From: an uncultured Actinomycetes bacterium
Lineage (GTDB): Bacteria; Actinomycetota; Actinomycetes; S36-B12
Assembly (NCBI GenBank): GCA_963755335.1
Contig: CAVWJW010000003.1
Span: forward strand, 68,010-132,009
DNA: 64,000 nucleotides
Reading direction: 5' to 3'
Position numbers and translations under genes: made by a program. Each line of letters begins with the position of its first letter. The stretch's first letter is position 1. The notes under the pieces are model-generated. The model saw only the letters and a list, made by a program, of their open reading frames with translations. It did no database searches and was not told the DNA's origin. Below, one piece after another: positions 1-11,884 of this stretch.

Positions 1-267
1 GCCCTGGACCTCACCGACGAGGGCTTGGTGCCCTGGTGGCAGGAGGACCGACGCCTCGTGACGCTGCACACCGTCCTTGTTCACGTCATCGCCGAGACGA
101 ACCGGCACGCGGGACATGCAGACATCCTGCGGGAGATCATCGACGGATCCGTGGGCCTTAACCCGCAGTTCAGCAATCTGCCCGACGTCGACGAGGCCTG
201 GTGGTCCGGCTATGTCCAGCGCCTGGACGCCTTGGCGCAGCAGTTCGCCGAGCCCAAGGAATCATGA
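1..267 (+). CDS. DinB/DUF664 family protein, 5'-truncated by window edge
   Basis: Open frame from base 1; typical C-terminal motif HVIAETNRHAGHADILRE. Confidence 0.8.
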   Translation, partial: ALDLTDEGLVPWWQEDRRLVTLHTVLVHVIAETNRHAGHADILREIIDGSVGLNPQFSNLPDVDEAWWSGYVQRLDALAQQFAEPKES

Positions 268-281
268 TTCGTGGCGGACGA

Positions 282-1596
282 TCAGAATGGTGTTGGACCG
301 TAGACAGGTCCCGGCGGCTCCTGCGCTGCCGCGCTGACCGGTGGGGGCTCATGCTCGTAGGTTCGCCCCTCGGGTGAGTTCCAGGTGCAGGATCCATCGG
401 CTCGGCTTCGGGTGATCTGCCAGCCGCCGAGGGTCTTGAGCTGATGGTGTCGCACGCACAGCGCTCCCAGGTTGGCGGATGACGTTGACCCGTCGTCGTC
501 CCACGCCTCGGCGTGATCGATCTGACAGCGATCGGCGCGCCTGCGGCCGCCTGGGAATCGACAGGTCCGGTCGCGGGCGACGATGAACTCGCGGAGCCGA
601 TCGGGGATGGCGTCGGTGCGCCGACCAAAGTCGAGCAGGTGACTGGTCACCGGATCGGCGACCAGTCGCCGCAGTGTGTCCGCGACTTCCGGATTCGCCA
701 AAAGGTCTCGGATGACGTGAGCCGTCACCGCCCCCGAGCCACTGACTTCCGCGGAACCGGCCGGGGACTCGTCGCGCAGGGCGAGAAGGGTGGGGAGGTC
801 GATCACCACGTCGAGATGGGCCGTCATGGTGGCCGGCGCCACGCAGTCTCCACCGAGGACGAGGGCCATCAGGGCGTGCGCCCGGTGCTCACCGATCGTC
901 CATGAGCCAGCGCCCGCGTGGGCCGGCTCGTCATCGGCCATCGCGGCAGCCGTGCGAGTCGCCCTGGCCGCGGCGTCCAGTTGGTTCATGACGGCATGGG
1001 CGTCCTCCGTGGACATCCGAGCCATCAGGGTCGAGAGGCCGTCGAGCTCGTCCATCACCCAGACGTCGCGTGTACAGCGGGCGCGCTCCCGACGCCGTCG
1101 CTCGCCGTCGGCGTCGATGGCGAGGACAGCCCTTCGTGCGGCCTGCCTCGTCGCGGCGACCGTGCCCTGACGGGCGACGGGAAGAACCCGGCGCACGAGC
1201 TCAGCGCATGCGGTCTGAAAATCCTTCGGCCTCGTCAGGGTTGGCGGACCACCGGCCGGGAAGGCGCTGAGCTGACTCCGCCAGGACCTGAGCATGCTGG
1301 GGGCTGACCTCGCCGTCGCGCAGGGCGTTGAACACATCACGCAGTGGACCGGCCAGAAGTCGAGCATCGTCGATCCGTACGTGCGTCGTGGAGGTCGCCC
1401 ATCGCAGGGCCGCGGCGACTTCCTCGCAGCAGGCATCAGTGATGCGGATCTCGCGCTCGCCGTCGCTTTCGGTGGCCAGCACGAGGTACTCATCGACGAC
1501 GCGCTCGGCCGAGGCCACCGCGACCAGCGCCTCTGCCCGCGCGGCATGCAAGCGAGCGATGTCTCGCTCGATCTGCTGCAGTAGTTCGATGGACAT
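282..1596 (-). CDS. DUF222 (13E12-like) + HNH endonuclease, frameshifted near 1200-1300
   Basis: N-part in ORF 1201..1596 (EVAAALRW...ARLL), C-part in ORF 282..1652 with RDRTCRFPG..CQIDH..W..GST..NL.ALC.RHH.LKT HNH motif. Confidence 0.85.
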
Positions 1597-1602
1597 GACT
1601 TA

Positions 1603-1624
1603 AGAATACCGAGCAGGCCTGACA
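1603..1624 (-). promoter_or_regulatory. RecA-NDp/PafBC-type promoter, leaderless DUF222-HNH transcript
   Basis: Minus strand TGTCAG-N10-TATTCT, then 6 nt to ATG 1596. Confidence 0.7.
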
Positions 1625-1644
1625 CTAGAAACCCCGAAAAGTGT

Positions 1645-1653
1645 TTATCCACA
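1645..1653 (+). promoter_or_regulatory. Perfect DnaA-box sequence
   Basis: TTATCCACA, single copy upstream of DUF222-HNH. Confidence 0.45.
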
Positions 1654-1667
1654 AGGATTTTCGAGCG

Positions 1668-2739
1668 TCAACCGCAGCCGGGAACGACGTCGAGAGTGGC
1701 GCGCGCGTTCACGCAGCAGTCCGCCGAGCACAGCCCGGACCAGAGGGCGCCACGCGATGCCGATCGCCCTTCGACCACGGACAGCACGCGGTCGGCCAGT
1801 GCGGAGACGAAGGCCGGCGACACGCCCGCGGTCGGAGCGCGAGTGAACTCGAGGCCGAGCGCCTCGGCAGTCTGACGAGCCTGAGTGTCGAGGTCCCAGA
1901 TGACCTCGATGTGGTCACTGATGAAGCCGATCGGCACGAGTACGACGGCGGTGACACCCGACGCGGCGACGTCGGCCAGCGCGTCATTGATGTCCGGCTC
2001 GAGCCACGGAATCGTCGGCGGGCCGGAACGGGACTGGTAGACGAGCGATGACGTGGGCGCCGCGCCGAAGCGTGCCGACACGGCAGCCACGAGGGCCTCG
2101 GCCACCTCGACGATGCTGGTCGACGTACTGAACGATGGATGCACCGTTCTGCGGGCCCGAGGCGGCAACCATCGAGTCCGGGATCGAGTGCGTCGTGAAG
2201 AACACATGCACGCCCTCGAACGAGCCGCGGTCGGCGTGGAATGTCGAGAGGGCTTCGATGAGTCCAGGGGCCATTGCGGCAGCGAAGCCGGCCAGGTCGC
2301 CGAACGGCGACATCTTCTCGACCACCAGGTCGTCAACGAGACCGCTCTCGCGAAGACCCTTCGCCAGGTCCTCGCGGTACTGCCGGCAGCCGGAGTACGA
2401 GGAGTACGCGCTGGTGGGGATTGCCAGCACGCGCGTCTGTCCGTTGTGGTGGATGTCGTTGAGCACGTCGGCGAAGAACGGCGCCGAGTTCCGGTTGCCG
2501 AGGTAGACGGGCAGGTCTGACCCCCGCTGTTCGAGCTCGTCGCGAACGGCCTGGGCCAGCGCACGGTTCTGCGCGTTGATCGGGCTCACGCCGCCGAGCG
2601 TCAGGTAGTGCTGACCGACTTCGAGCAGGCGCTCCTGCGGGATGCCGCGACCGGCGGTGACGCGCTCGAGGAAGGGGACGACATCGTCCGGACCCTCCGG
2701 CCCGCCGAAGCACGCGAGCAGGAGGGCGTCGAACGTCAT
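1668..2739 (-). CDS. hemH: Coproporphyrin ferrochelatase, frameshift near 2113
   Basis: FGGPEG, FTTHSIP, YQSRSGPP..PWLEPD, PIGFISDHIEV.WDLD, C-terminal CxxxCC; split across ORFs 1984..2739 and 1668..2564. Confidence 0.92.
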
Positions 2740-3452
2740 CGGATGACGTCGACCGCGTCGGTGATCGGGATGCGTCGTCCGGTGTAGAACGGGATCTCCT
2801 CGCGCACGTGGCGACGCGCGTCGGTGTAGCGCATGTCGCGCATCATGTCGACGAGGTCATGCAGGACGGGGGACTCGAGAGCCAGCACCCATTCGTAGTC
2901 GCCGAGCGCGAATGAGGCCACGGTGTTCGAGAGCACGTCCTCATAGTCACGGCCCTTCATGCCATGCTCCATGAGCATGCGCCGGCGCTCCTCCTCCGGC
3001 AGCAGGTACCACTCGTACGACCGGACGAAGGGGTAGACGCACAGCCATTCCTGCGGCTCCTTGCCCGACATGAAGGCCGGGACGTGTCCGCGGTTGAACT
3101 CGGCCGGACGGTGCATCGCCATGGCCGACCAGACCATCGTCGTGCCCTGGCCCGCCGCCGTGCGACGGAAGTCCCGAACGGCCCGCTGCAGGCCCTCGGC
3201 CGTCGGGCCATGCAGCCACAGCATGAGGTCCGCGTTGTCGCGCAGCGCGGAGACGTCGTAGGCACCGCGGAGGACGATGTCGTGCTCGGCGAGTGCGTCA
3301 GCCCAGGCCTGCAGCTCCTTCGCGGCCACCTCGGGGTCGGCGTCGATGCCGCCGAATCGGGCGAACACGCTCCACAGCGTGTAGCGGATCGTCTCGTTGA
3401 TCTCGCGGGCGCTCGGGCGTGCCGCAGCGTCGGCGGTGGTCGCGTCGGTCAT
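2736..3452 (-). CDS. hemQ: Coproheme decarboxylase (chlorite dismutase family)
   Basis: HRPAEFNRGHVP, YPFVRSYEWY, FALGDYEW; within heme operon. Confidence 0.95.
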   Translation of the reverse strand: MTDATTADAAARPSAREINETIRYTLWSVFARFGGIDADPEVAAKELQAWADALAEHDIVLRGAYDVSALRDNADLMLWLHGPTAEGLQRAVRDFRRTAAGQGTTMVWSAMAMHRPAEFNRGHVPAFMSGKEPQEWLCVYPFVRSYEWYLLPEEERRRMLMEHGMKGRDYEDVLSNTVASFALGDYEWVLALESPVLHDLVDMMRDMRYTDARRHVREEIPFYTGRRIPITDAVDVIR

Positions 3453-3479
3453 GTGCGTCTCCTCGTGCGTGGTGCTCGG

Positions 3480-4539
3480 TCAGTCGTCGAGCTCGCCGTG
3501 GGCGAGGGCGACTACTCGGGTAATGGTCTCAGGGTTCGCCTCGGGCGGCACACCGTGACCGAGGTTCAGGACGTGGCTGCGTGCGCCCTTGCCCTTCTCG
3601 ATCACGTCGAGCACGTGCGCCCGCAGGACGGGCCAGGGAGCCAGGAGCAGGGCCGGATCGATGTTGCCCTGGACAGGCACGTCCGACCCGAGCCGCTCGA
3701 TGGCGACGTCGAGGGGCGTGCGGTCATCGACGCCCATGACGTCGGCGCCGACCTCGTGCATGGCGACGAGCAGCTCGGACGTCTTCGTGCCGAAGTGCAC
3801 GCGCGGGACGCCGAGATCGGCGACGTTGTCGAAGACCGCCTTGGAATGCGGGGCGGCGTAGGTGAGGTAGTCGGGCAGGGACAGTGCGCCGGCCCACGAG
3901 TCGAACAGCTGCAGCGCGCTGGCGCCGGCCATGACCTGGGCGCGCAGGAACGTGGAGGTCGTCCGCGCCGTCCACGCGAGGAGTGCATGCCAGGTGTCCG
4001 GATCCGCGTGCATGAGCGCCTTGGTGTGCAGGTGGTCGCGTGAGGGCTTGCCCTCGACCAGGTAGGACGCCAGCGTGAAGGGCGCACCGGCGAAGCCGAT
4101 CAGTGGCGTCGTCCCGAGCTCGTCGGTGCAGATGCCGATGGCCTCCTGGATCGGCGCCAGGCTCGCGGGATCGAGTTCGGGAAGGGCGTCCACCTCGGCT
4201 CGCGTGCGGATCGCCGAGCCCATCACCGGTCCGACGCCGGGGGCGATGTCGACGTCGACGCCGGCCAGCTTGAGGGGCACGACGATGTCGCTGAAGAAGA
4301 TGGCCGCGTCGACGTGGTGGCGGCGCACCGGCTGCATGCGTGATCTCGGCCGCGAGGTCCGGTCGAAGGCAGGACTCGAGCATCGCCGTGCCCACGCGCG
4401 CCTCGCGGTACTCGGGCAGGGAACGCCCCGCCTGGCGCATGAACCAGACGGGCAGGCGTTCAGGTCGGTGGCCGCGGTAGGCCTGGATCAGCGGGGCCTC
4501 AGCCGTGCGGGACGAGGGGTGATCAAGGGGGAGAGGCAT
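3480..4539 (-). CDS. hemE: Uroporphyrinogen decarboxylase, frameshift near 4338
   Basis: [40 protein letters not shown]. Confidence 0.95.
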
Positions 4540-4669
4540 TCGCGCACGTTAGCAGCCGGTAAGAAGGTCCGCCCGGGCCGTAAGCGTGGCCCCATAAGGA
4601 CGTTTGCCGACGCATTGACAGGCTTTGGTCGGTCCTGACGCCACTTTTCGGCTGTTAGCATCGGCGATC

Positions 4670-5917
4670 ATGGGTCTGGCATTGGTGGGCGTGAGTCACC
4701 ACGACGTACCGCTCTCCCTCCTCGACGACATCAGCCGATCGGCGGCGTCGTTGCCCGAGCATCTCGTCGGGGAGCCCCATGCGGGGGTGTCCGGGGCGGT
4801 GCTCCTGTCGACCTGCAATCGCGTCGAGCTGTACATCGACGCCGAGGACACCCGACGCGCAGCCGACGCCGTCCAGAAGATGTTCATGAAGCGCCTCGGC
4901 ACCGAGGTCGATGTCGACATCCTGGCGCCGCGGGTCGGCACCGACGTCGCGCGTCACCTCTTCTCCGTGGCGGCCGGACTCGAGTCGATGGTCGTCGGCG
5001 AGGATGAGGTCGCCGGCCAGGTGCGCCGGGCGCTGACCCGCGCCCGCTCCGACAAGACCACCTCGTCCTCCCTCGAGCGGTTGTTCCAGGCGGCGGCCGC
5101 GACCCACAAGAAGGTCTCGGCCACGACCGGTCTGGGGGCGGCCGGTCGCTCCATCGCCTCCGTCGCCATCGACCTCGTCGAGGCCGATGGCGAGTCCGTC
5201 GAGGGCCGGCCCGTCCTCTTGATCGGCACCGGCTCGTTCGCCCGCGTCGTGCATGCCACGCTGATCAAGCGCGGCGCCGAGCCGCCGATGGTGTACTCGA
5301 GCAGCGGCCGCGCCAAGCGGTTCGTCGAGAGTCATGGCGGCACCGCCATCTCCACGGCGGAACTGCTCACCGCCCTCGAGAAGGCCGAGCTCGTCGTCTC
5401 CTGCAGCGGCGCCCCACATCCGATCCTCGACGCCAACATCCTCGGTACCGTCACGGCGAACCGCGTCCGTCCGCTTCCGGTGCTCGACCTTGCGCTCACC
5501 CAGGACGTCGAGGACGAAGCCCGGTCACTCGCCAACGTGCGCATCATCGATCTCGAGTTCATCTCGATGCACGCGCCGGCCGAGCACACCGAGGCGATCA
5601 CCCGTGCGCAGCGCATGGTCAATGACGCAGTGGAGCACTTCGGCCACAAGGAGGCCGGCCGAAGCGCCGACGCCGTCGTCGTGGCCATGCGCACCCATGT
5701 TCAGGCGGTCCTTGAGCGCGAGCGGGCACGGGCTCAGACCCGGCTGGCTCCCGACACCGCCGCCGCGGTCGAGGAGGCGCTGCACCGGTTGGTGGGCGAG
5801 CTCCTGCACGAACCGACGATCCGGGCTCGCGAGTACACCCGCGAGGGCCTCATCGACGAGTTCGAGAACGCCGTGCACGTCGTGTTTGGCATCGATGCCA
5901 GCATGCCCCCGTCATGA
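4670..5917 (+). CDS. hemA: Glutamyl-tRNA reductase
   Basis: LSTCNRVELY catalytic Cys, GLESMVVGEDEV, IGTG; likely ATG at 4670. Confidence 0.95.
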   Translation: MGLALVGVSHHDVPLSLLDDISRSAASLPEHLVGEPHAGVSGAVLLSTCNRVELYIDAEDTRRAADAVQKMFMKRLGTEVDVDILAPRVGTDVARHLFSVAAGLESMVVGEDEVAGQVRRALTRARSDKTTSSSLERLFQAAAATHKKVSATTGLGAAGRSIASVAIDLVEADGESVEGRPVLLIGTGSFARVVHATLIKRGAEPPMVYSSSGRAKRFVESHGGTAISTAELLTALEKAELVVSCSGAPHPILDANILGTVTANRVRPLPVLDLALTQDVEDEARSLANVRIIDLEFISMHAPAEHTEAITRAQRMVNDAVEHFGHKEAGRSADAVVVAMRTHVQAVLERERARAQTRLAPDTAAAVEEALHRLVGELLHEPTIRAREYTREGLIDEFENAVHVVFGIDASMPPS

Positions 5918-6862
5918 CCGAACCCATCCGCCTCGGCACGCGAGGCAGCGCCCTCGCGCGCACGCAGTCCCAGACCGTCGCGGATGCCCTCGCGCTCGCC
6001 ACTGGACGCACGGTCGACCTGGTCATCATCAAGACGATGGGCGACGTCACGACCGGACCGCTCGCGAGCATGCCGCAGCCCGGAGTGTTCGTCTCCGCGC
6101 TGCGGAACGCATTGATCGACGACGAGGTCGACGTCATCGTCCACTCGATGAAGGACCTGCCCTCCGAGCCGACCGACGGGATCGCGCTGGCTGCCGTGCC
6201 GCCGCGAGCCGATCCGCACGATGCCCTGGTGTCGGCCAATCGCGGCGGGCTCGATGAGCTGCCGTGGGGCGCCCGGGTGGGCACCAGCTCGCCGCGGCGG
6301 GCCGCGCGCCTGCGCGCACTCCGGCCCGACCTCGCCATCGAGGACCTTCGAGGGAACGTCGACTCGCGCATCGCCAAGGTGCGCGACGGGCACCTCGACG
6401 CGACCATCCTCGCCGTCGCTGGTCTCACCCGGCTCGGACGAGCCGACGAGATCGACGCCGTCATCGGCCTGGACACCATGCTCGCCGCGCCGGCCCAGGG
6501 TGCCCTGGCCATCGAATGCCGCAGCGAGGACACCGTCATGGTGGGCGCTCTCGCGGCCCTCGATGACGTGCCCACGCGGGTCTGCACGACTGCGGAGCGC
6601 GCCGTGCTGTCGGCCGTCGGCGCCACCTGCGCCTCGGCGGTTGGCGCGAACGCGACGTGGCTCGGCTCGTCCCTCGTCCTCGTCGCCGACGTCTCTGGCC
6701 GCGAGCCGGGGCAGTACGCGCAGGTCACCCAGTGAGGTCATCGTCGATGTCGACGGCCCGGCCGCGGTGTCGGCCGCCCGGCGACTGGGCGCCGACGTCG
6801 GTCAGCGGCTGCTCGATGCCGGTGCCGCAGCCTTCATCACCCCGGACGCCGCCCGTGCGTGA
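5914..6862 (+). CDS. hemC: Hydroxymethylbilane synthase, frameshift near 6730
   Basis: GTRGSALA, VHSMKDLP, GTSSPRR, LRGNVDSR, APAQGAL; C-terminus continues in frame of ORF 6221..6862. Confidence 0.93.
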
Positions 6863-7622
6863 CGTCCTTCTCGTACGTGCGCTCGGGGGTGACGACAAGG
6901 ATGCGGAGGCCCTTCGCGATCGCGGAGCGCGACCCGTGGAGGATCCGTATCTCACCGTTCGCACGTGCGTCGACGATGGCGCGCGCCCACGGGCGGAGCA
7001 CGTCCTGACCGCCATCGCGGGCACCGCTGACTGGCTCGTCGTCACGTCGCAGGCGGCCCTGCGGGCGCTTGCCGAGCTCACCTCCGCTGAACGGCTGCGC
7101 CTGGCCATCGCGGCCGGCGCCGAACGGGGGATCGGGTTCGCCACGGTGGGCGAGGCCACCGCAGCGGCGCTGCAGGAGTTGGGTGCCGGGTCCGTCCTGG
7201 TCCCCGCCCAGAGCACGGCGGAGTCCCTGCGCCAGGAACTGTCGTCGCGCCCACTGGGTTCGATCATCGCCCCGCAGGGCAGCCAGGCCATGAAGGGACT
7301 GGCCGGCGGCCTGCGCCCCTTGGGCTGGCAGATCGACGAGCAGGTCCTCTACGAGACCAGCACCGTGCCGGTACGCCCCTTGTCGGCGGATCGACTGGCG
7401 ACCGGCGACTTCGCCATCGTGGTCCTGCGCTCCCCGACGGCCGTTCGGGCAGTGGCGTCGTTCGTTCCCGTCCTTCCCGCAGGCACGACGATCGTGTGCG
7501 GCGGACCGACGACCGCGGCGGAGGTCGAGCGGCTCGGCCTCGGTACGGTCGTCATCAGTGCCGGACCCACAGCGGCGGCAGTCGCCGACACCGTCGTCGA
7601 CTGCCTCAACGCAGGCGAATGA
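6855..7622 (+). CDS. hemD: Uroporphyrinogen-III synthase
   Basis: WLVVTS, VGEATA, LYET, RSPTAV, GPTTA motifs; between hemC and hemB; GTG start. Confidence 0.85.
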   Translation: MRDVLLVRALGGDDKDAEALRDRGARPVEDPYLTVRTCVDDGARPRAEHVLTAIAGTADWLVVTSQAALRALAELTSAERLRLAIAAGAERGIGFATVGEATAAALQELGAGSVLVPAQSTAESLRQELSSRPLGSIIAPQGSQAMKGLAGGLRPLGWQIDEQVLYETSTVPVRPLSADRLATGDFAIVVLRSPTAVRAVASFVPVLPAGTTIVCGGPTTAAEVERLGLGTVVISAGPTAAAVADTVVDCLNAGE

Positions 7623-7632
7623 AGGAGCGACC

Positions 7633-8616
7633 ATGACAGATCCGTACCAGCGCCCTCGTCGACTGCGCAGCACTCCGGCGATGCGCCGCATGGTCCGCGA
7701 ATCGCGCCTGTCCGCCGGCCAGTTCGTCCTGCCGGCGTTCTTGCGCGAGGGCCTGGCGTCGCCGTTGGCCATCGACGGCATGCCCGGCGTCATGCAGCAC
7801 TCGCGGGACTCGCTCAAGCGGGCGGCGAGCGAAGCGGTGGCGGCAGGCGTCAGCGGCATCATGCTGTTCGGCGTGCCGCAGGAGCGCGATGCGCTGGGCA
7901 CCGAGGCGTGCAGCCTCGACGGGGTCCTGTCAGTGGCCGTCGCCGACGTGCGCGCGGAGGTCGGCGACGACGCCGTCGTGATCGCAGACCTCTGCCTCGA
8001 CGAGTTCACCGACCATGGCCACTGCGGAGTGCTGGACGCGAACGGCAACGTCGACAATGACGCGACGCTGATGACGTACCAGCGAATGGCCGGCGTCCTG
8101 GCCGCGGCCGGCGCCCACATGGTCGGCACCAGCGGCATGATGGACGGGCAGGTCGCTGCCGTGCGTGAGGCCCTCGACGATGTCGATCGCTCCGACGTCT
8201 CGATCCTCGCGTACGCCGCCAAGTACGCATCGGCGTTCTACGGGCCGTTCCGCAATGCCGTCGAGTCGAAGCTGTCCGGCGACCGGCGCTCCTACCAGCA
8301 GGATCCGGCGAATCGCAAGGAGGCGATGCGCGAGGTCCGCCTCGACGTCGCCGAGGGAGCCGACATCGTCATGGTGAAGCCCGGCCTTCCGTATCTCGAC
8401 ATCATCGCCGACGTCGCCGCGGAGGTCGACGTGCCCGTCGCCGCCTACGTCGTTTCGGGCGAGATGGCCATGGTCGAGTACGCAGCAGCCGCCGGGGCCA
8501 TAGATCGTCGCCGCTCGATCCTCGAGGCGCTGACATCGGTCAACCGGGCCGGAGCGGACGTCATCTGCACGTACTGGGCAACCGAGGTCGCAGCCTGGCT
8601 GCGGGAGGAGAACTAG
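7633..8616 (+). CDS. hemB: Porphobilinogen synthase
   Basis: [46 protein letters not shown]. Confidence 0.96.
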   Translation: MTDPYQRPRRLRSTPAMRRMVRESRLSAGQFVLPAFLREGLASPLAIDGMPGVMQHSRDSLKRAASEAVAAGVSGIMLFGVPQERDALGTEACSLDGVLSVAVADVRAEVGDDAVVIADLCLDEFTDHGHCGVLDANGNVDNDATLMTYQRMAGVLAAAGAHMVGTSGMMDGQVAAVREALDDVDRSDVSILAYAAKYASAFYGPFRNAVESKLSGDRRSYQQDPANRKEAMREVRLDVAEGADIVMVKPGLPYLDIIADVAAEVDVPVAAYVVSGEMAMVEYAAAAGAIDRRRSILEALTSVNRAGADVICTYWATEVAAWLREEN

Positions 8617-8618
8617 CG

Positions 8619-9935
8619 ATGCCGTCTCGGTCAACGTCAGCGCAGTGGCACGAGCGCGCGCAGCGGGTCGTTCCCGGTGGGGTGAGCTCGCCGGTCCGCG
8701 CGTTCCGCGCCGTGGGTGGGCATCCGGTCTACTTCGCCTCGGGCGAGGGTGCATGGGTCACCGACGTCGACGGGAACGAGTACGTCGACATGGTCGGCTC
8801 GTGGGGTCCGATGATCCTGGGCCACGCGCATCCCCAGGTCGTCGCGGCCGTCACCGAGGTCGTGCGGCACTCGTCCTCCTTCGGTGCGCCGACGATGGCC
8901 GAGACGCTGCTCGCGGAGGAGATCATCGCGCGGGTCCCGGCCGTCGAGCGCGTGCGCTTCGTCTCGTCGGGAACCGAGTCGGTGATGACGGCCATCCGGC
9001 TGGCCCGTGCCGCCACCGGTCGCGACCTGATCGTGAAGTTCGCCGGCTGCTACCACGGTCATGTCGATGCCCTGCTCGTGCAGGCGGGGTCGGGCGTCGC
9101 GACCCTCGGACTGCCCAACTCGCCGGGTGTCACCGAGGGCACCGTCGCCGACACCATCGTGCTGCCGTACAACGACAGGATGGCCGTCGAGCAGCTGTTC
9201 GCCGAGCGCGGGGCGCGCATCGCGGCGGTCTTCACCGAAGCGATTCCGGCCAACATGGGAGTGGTCCCCCCGGAGGACGACTTCAACCTGTTCCTTCGGG
9301 AGATCACGGCCCGCCACGGCACCCTCTTCGTGTTCGACGAGGTGATGACGGGTTTCCGTGTCGGTCCGGCCGGCTGGTGGGGGCAGACGGGGGCGGCACA
9401 GGGCTGGACCCCGGACCTGCTCACCTTCGGCAAGGTCATCGGCGGCGGCTACCCGCTGGCAGCGGTCGGCGGGCGCGCCGAGATCCTCGACCTCCTCGCG
9501 CCGCTCGGGCCCGTCTACCAGGCCGGCACGCTCAGTGGTAACCCCGTGGCGGCCACGGCGGGCCTGGTCACGCTCCAGAACTGCACCGACGAGGTGTACG
9601 CGCATCTCGACAATCAGGCCGCCGCGGTCGGTCGCATCGTCGCTGATGCACTGACGGCCGAAGGCGTGCCGAACCGACTGCAGTCCGCGGGCAACCTGTT
9701 CAGCGTGTTCTTCCGCGATGGTCAGGTGCGCAACTTCGCCGATGCGGCGGACCAGGATGAGGCCGCCTTCGCACGTTTCTTCAACGCGATGCTGGACGAG
9801 GGTGTTTCGCTGCCGCCGTCGAGCTACGAGGCGTGGTTCGTGTCGGCCGCCCACGGCGACCGTGAGCTCGAGACGATCGAGCGCGCGGCCGCGGTCGCTG
9901 CCCGTGCCGCAGCGCGACCTTCTCCGGTGGCATGA
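8619..9935 (+). CDS. hemL: Glutamate-1-semialdehyde 2,1-aminomutase
   Basis: [45 protein letters not shown]. Confidence 0.96.
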   Translation: MPSRSTSAQWHERAQRVVPGGVSSPVRAFRAVGGHPVYFASGEGAWVTDVDGNEYVDMVGSWGPMILGHAHPQVVAAVTEVVRHSSSFGAPTMAETLLAEEIIARVPAVERVRFVSSGTESVMTAIRLARAATGRDLIVKFAGCYHGHVDALLVQAGSGVATLGLPNSPGVTEGTVADTIVLPYNDRMAVEQLFAERGARIAAVFTEAIPANMGVVPPEDDFNLFLREITARHGTLFVFDEVMTGFRVGPAGWWGQTGAAQGWTPDLLTFGKVIGGGYPLAAVGGRAEILDLLAPLGPVYQAGTLSGNPVAATAGLVTLQNCTDEVYAHLDNQAAAVGRIVADALTAEGVPNRLQSAGNLFSVFFRDGQVRNFADAADQDEAAFARFFNAMLDEGVSLPPSSYEAWFVSAAHGDRELETIERAAAVAARAAARPSPVA

Positions 9936-10002
9936 GAACTGCGTATGGCAACCGGGTCGAGGTAGCCGACGACGTCGTCAGCCGGGACTCCGCAGACCGA
10001 TC

Positions 10003-10843
10003 ATGACGCGACTGCCGGCACCGCTGCAGACATCGACCGCGGTCGCGTCGGGCGCGGTCTACGATCACGGCGCCCACGTCGTCTCGTGGCGGCCCGCGGG
10101 CCAGGCCGAGGTGCTGTGGATGAGTCCGACGGCCGTGCTCGACACCGGGCAGGCCGATCCGGGGTGGCATCCCCATCTGCTTTCCCTGGTTCGGTGCGGG
10201 CCGCTCCGGTGACCGCACACCCTCGCACGGCTTCGCGCGACTCACGGGGTGGAGCCTCGCTGACGTGGTCGAGCATGAGGGCGTCGTCACGCTCACGCAT
10301 GCACTCACGGACTCGGCGGCGACCAGACTCGTGTTCCCGCACTCGTTCCGGGCCGTGCACACCGTGAGGTTCGGCGAGCGCCTCGACGTGCACCTCAGTG
10401 TGGAGAACCTCGATGACGAGCCCTTCAGCTACGAGGCGGCGCTGCACACGTACCTGTCCGTCGGGGACATCGAGCACGTGTCGATCGACGGTCTCGACTC
10501 CGTGCCCTATGACGACAAGGTCGCTGGGGGAGCGGTCCGGACGCAGCGAGGCGCTGTCGAGTTCACTGGCGAGACCGATCGCATCTACCAGTCGGGCGCA
10601 GGCGTTGACGTCGTCGACGTCGCCGGCGCCCGCGTCATCCACGTGCGCCTGGTGAACTGCGCCGACACGGTCATCTGGAATCCCTGGATCGAGCGGGCCG
10701 CAGCACTGCCCGACTTCGACGACGACGCGTGGCGGCGGATGGTGTGCGTCGAGGGCGCCAACCTGCTCGGTAACGCGGTGCACCTCGCTCCGGGGGAGAT
10801 CCACACCATGGGCTACCAGTTGTCGGTCTCCCCGCTGAGCTGA
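10003..10843 (+). CDS. D-hexose-6-phosphate mutarotase (aldose 1-epimerase family), frameshift near 10150
   Basis: GAHVVSW..EVLWMS, then IRGGIPICFPWF..HGFAR, ALHTY, ETDRIY, WNPW, MVCVE. Confidence 0.88.
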
Positions 10844-10846
10844 CGG

Positions 10847-11884
10847 TCAGGGGCGAGGGCGCCCGGTGCTCGAGCGGACCACGAGCGGGCCGGGAGCCAG
10901 GAGGTTCAGGCCAGCCGGCCCGGCGCCGCTGATGCGATTGACGACCGTCTCGGACACCGCCACCGCCAACCGGTCGGCTCTTTGTACCACCGTGGTGAGC
11001 GACACGTGATCGAGCGCAGCCTCGGGATCATCGTCGAATCCGATGATCGAGATGTCGTCGGGGACGCGGATCCCCCGTCGCGTCAGGACGTCGAGAATGC
11101 CGAAGGCGTTCTGGTCGTTGTAGGCGACGATCGCTGTGGGCAGGTCTCCTCCGTCGACCAGGCGCGTGGCGGACGCGGCTCCGTCGAGTCGCCTGCCTCC
11201 CGACGGAATCACGCGGGCGCACTCGATCAGGCCCGCCTCGGTCATCGCCGACAGGTAGGCGGAACGTCGAGGGTCGGCGCTGACGAACGTCCCTCCGTCG
11301 GTGTACCAGATCCGGGAATGTCCAAGCCCCGCAAGGTGGTTGATCGCAAGTCGTAGTCCGGCGGTGTCGTCCACCCGAAGGGCGTCGACCGTCGCGAGAT
11401 CGAGGTGCCGGTCGACGACGACGAGCGGGACGTGCGGAGCGAGCCGTGTCAGGTCATCGATCTCCTCGTCGCCCACGGTGGGTCCGATGAGGATCAGCGC
11501 GGCGCAGCGCTGGGTCAGCAGGGCATCGATCGCGTTCGCCAGCGAACGTGACGACGTCGTCCACGAGATGGACAGGTCGTAGCACCCGAGCAGGGTCTCC
11601 TCGTGCAACGCCTCCGTCACAGCGACGTGGAACGGGTGGACCGCCGTGAGCGTCACGCCGATCAGGCGACTCTCCCGACTGCGCAGCTTGCGCGCCCGGT
11701 CGTCGGGACGGTAGCCGAGTTCGGCAGCCGCCGCGAGGACGCGTTCGCGCGTCGCCGGGCTGGCACCAGGCACTCCTCGGAAGACAGTCGAGACAAGCGA
11801 TCGGGACACGCCCGCGCGAACGGCGACATCGCGCATCGTCGCGGGCCGCGGCCGGTCTGGAGTCACGCCGTGGACGATACCCAC
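10847..11884 (-). CDS. LacI-family transcriptional regulator
   Basis: TMRDVAVRAGVSRSLVS HTH; PTAIVAYND, VPDDISIIGFDD, LVVRSST. Confidence 0.92.
   Translation of the reverse strand: MGIVHGVTPDRPRPATMRDVAVRAGVSRSLVSTVFRGVPGASPATRERVLAAAAELGYRPDDRARKLRSRESRLIGVTLTAVHPFHVAVTEALHEETLLGCYDLSISWTTSSRSLANAIDALLTQRCAALILIGPTVGDEEIDDLTRLAPHVPLVVVDRHLDLATVDALRVDDTAGLRLAINHLAGLGHSRIWYTDGGTFVSADPRRSAYLSAMTEAGLIECARVIPSGGRRLDGAASATRLVDGGDLPTAIVAYNDQNAFGILDVLTRRGIRVPDDISIIGFDDDPEAALDHVSLTTVVQRADRLAVAVSETVVNRISGAGPAGLNLLAPGPLVVRSSTGRPRP

Noticed and set aside
876..885. GTGCGCCCGG as the duplicated att site of tRNA-Arg
   Set aside because: Only 10 bp, GC-rich, inside a coding region, and would enclose housekeeping heme genes.
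1645..1653. Replication origin
   Set aside because: One DnaA box only; no cluster, AT-rich unwinding region or dnaA/dnaN.
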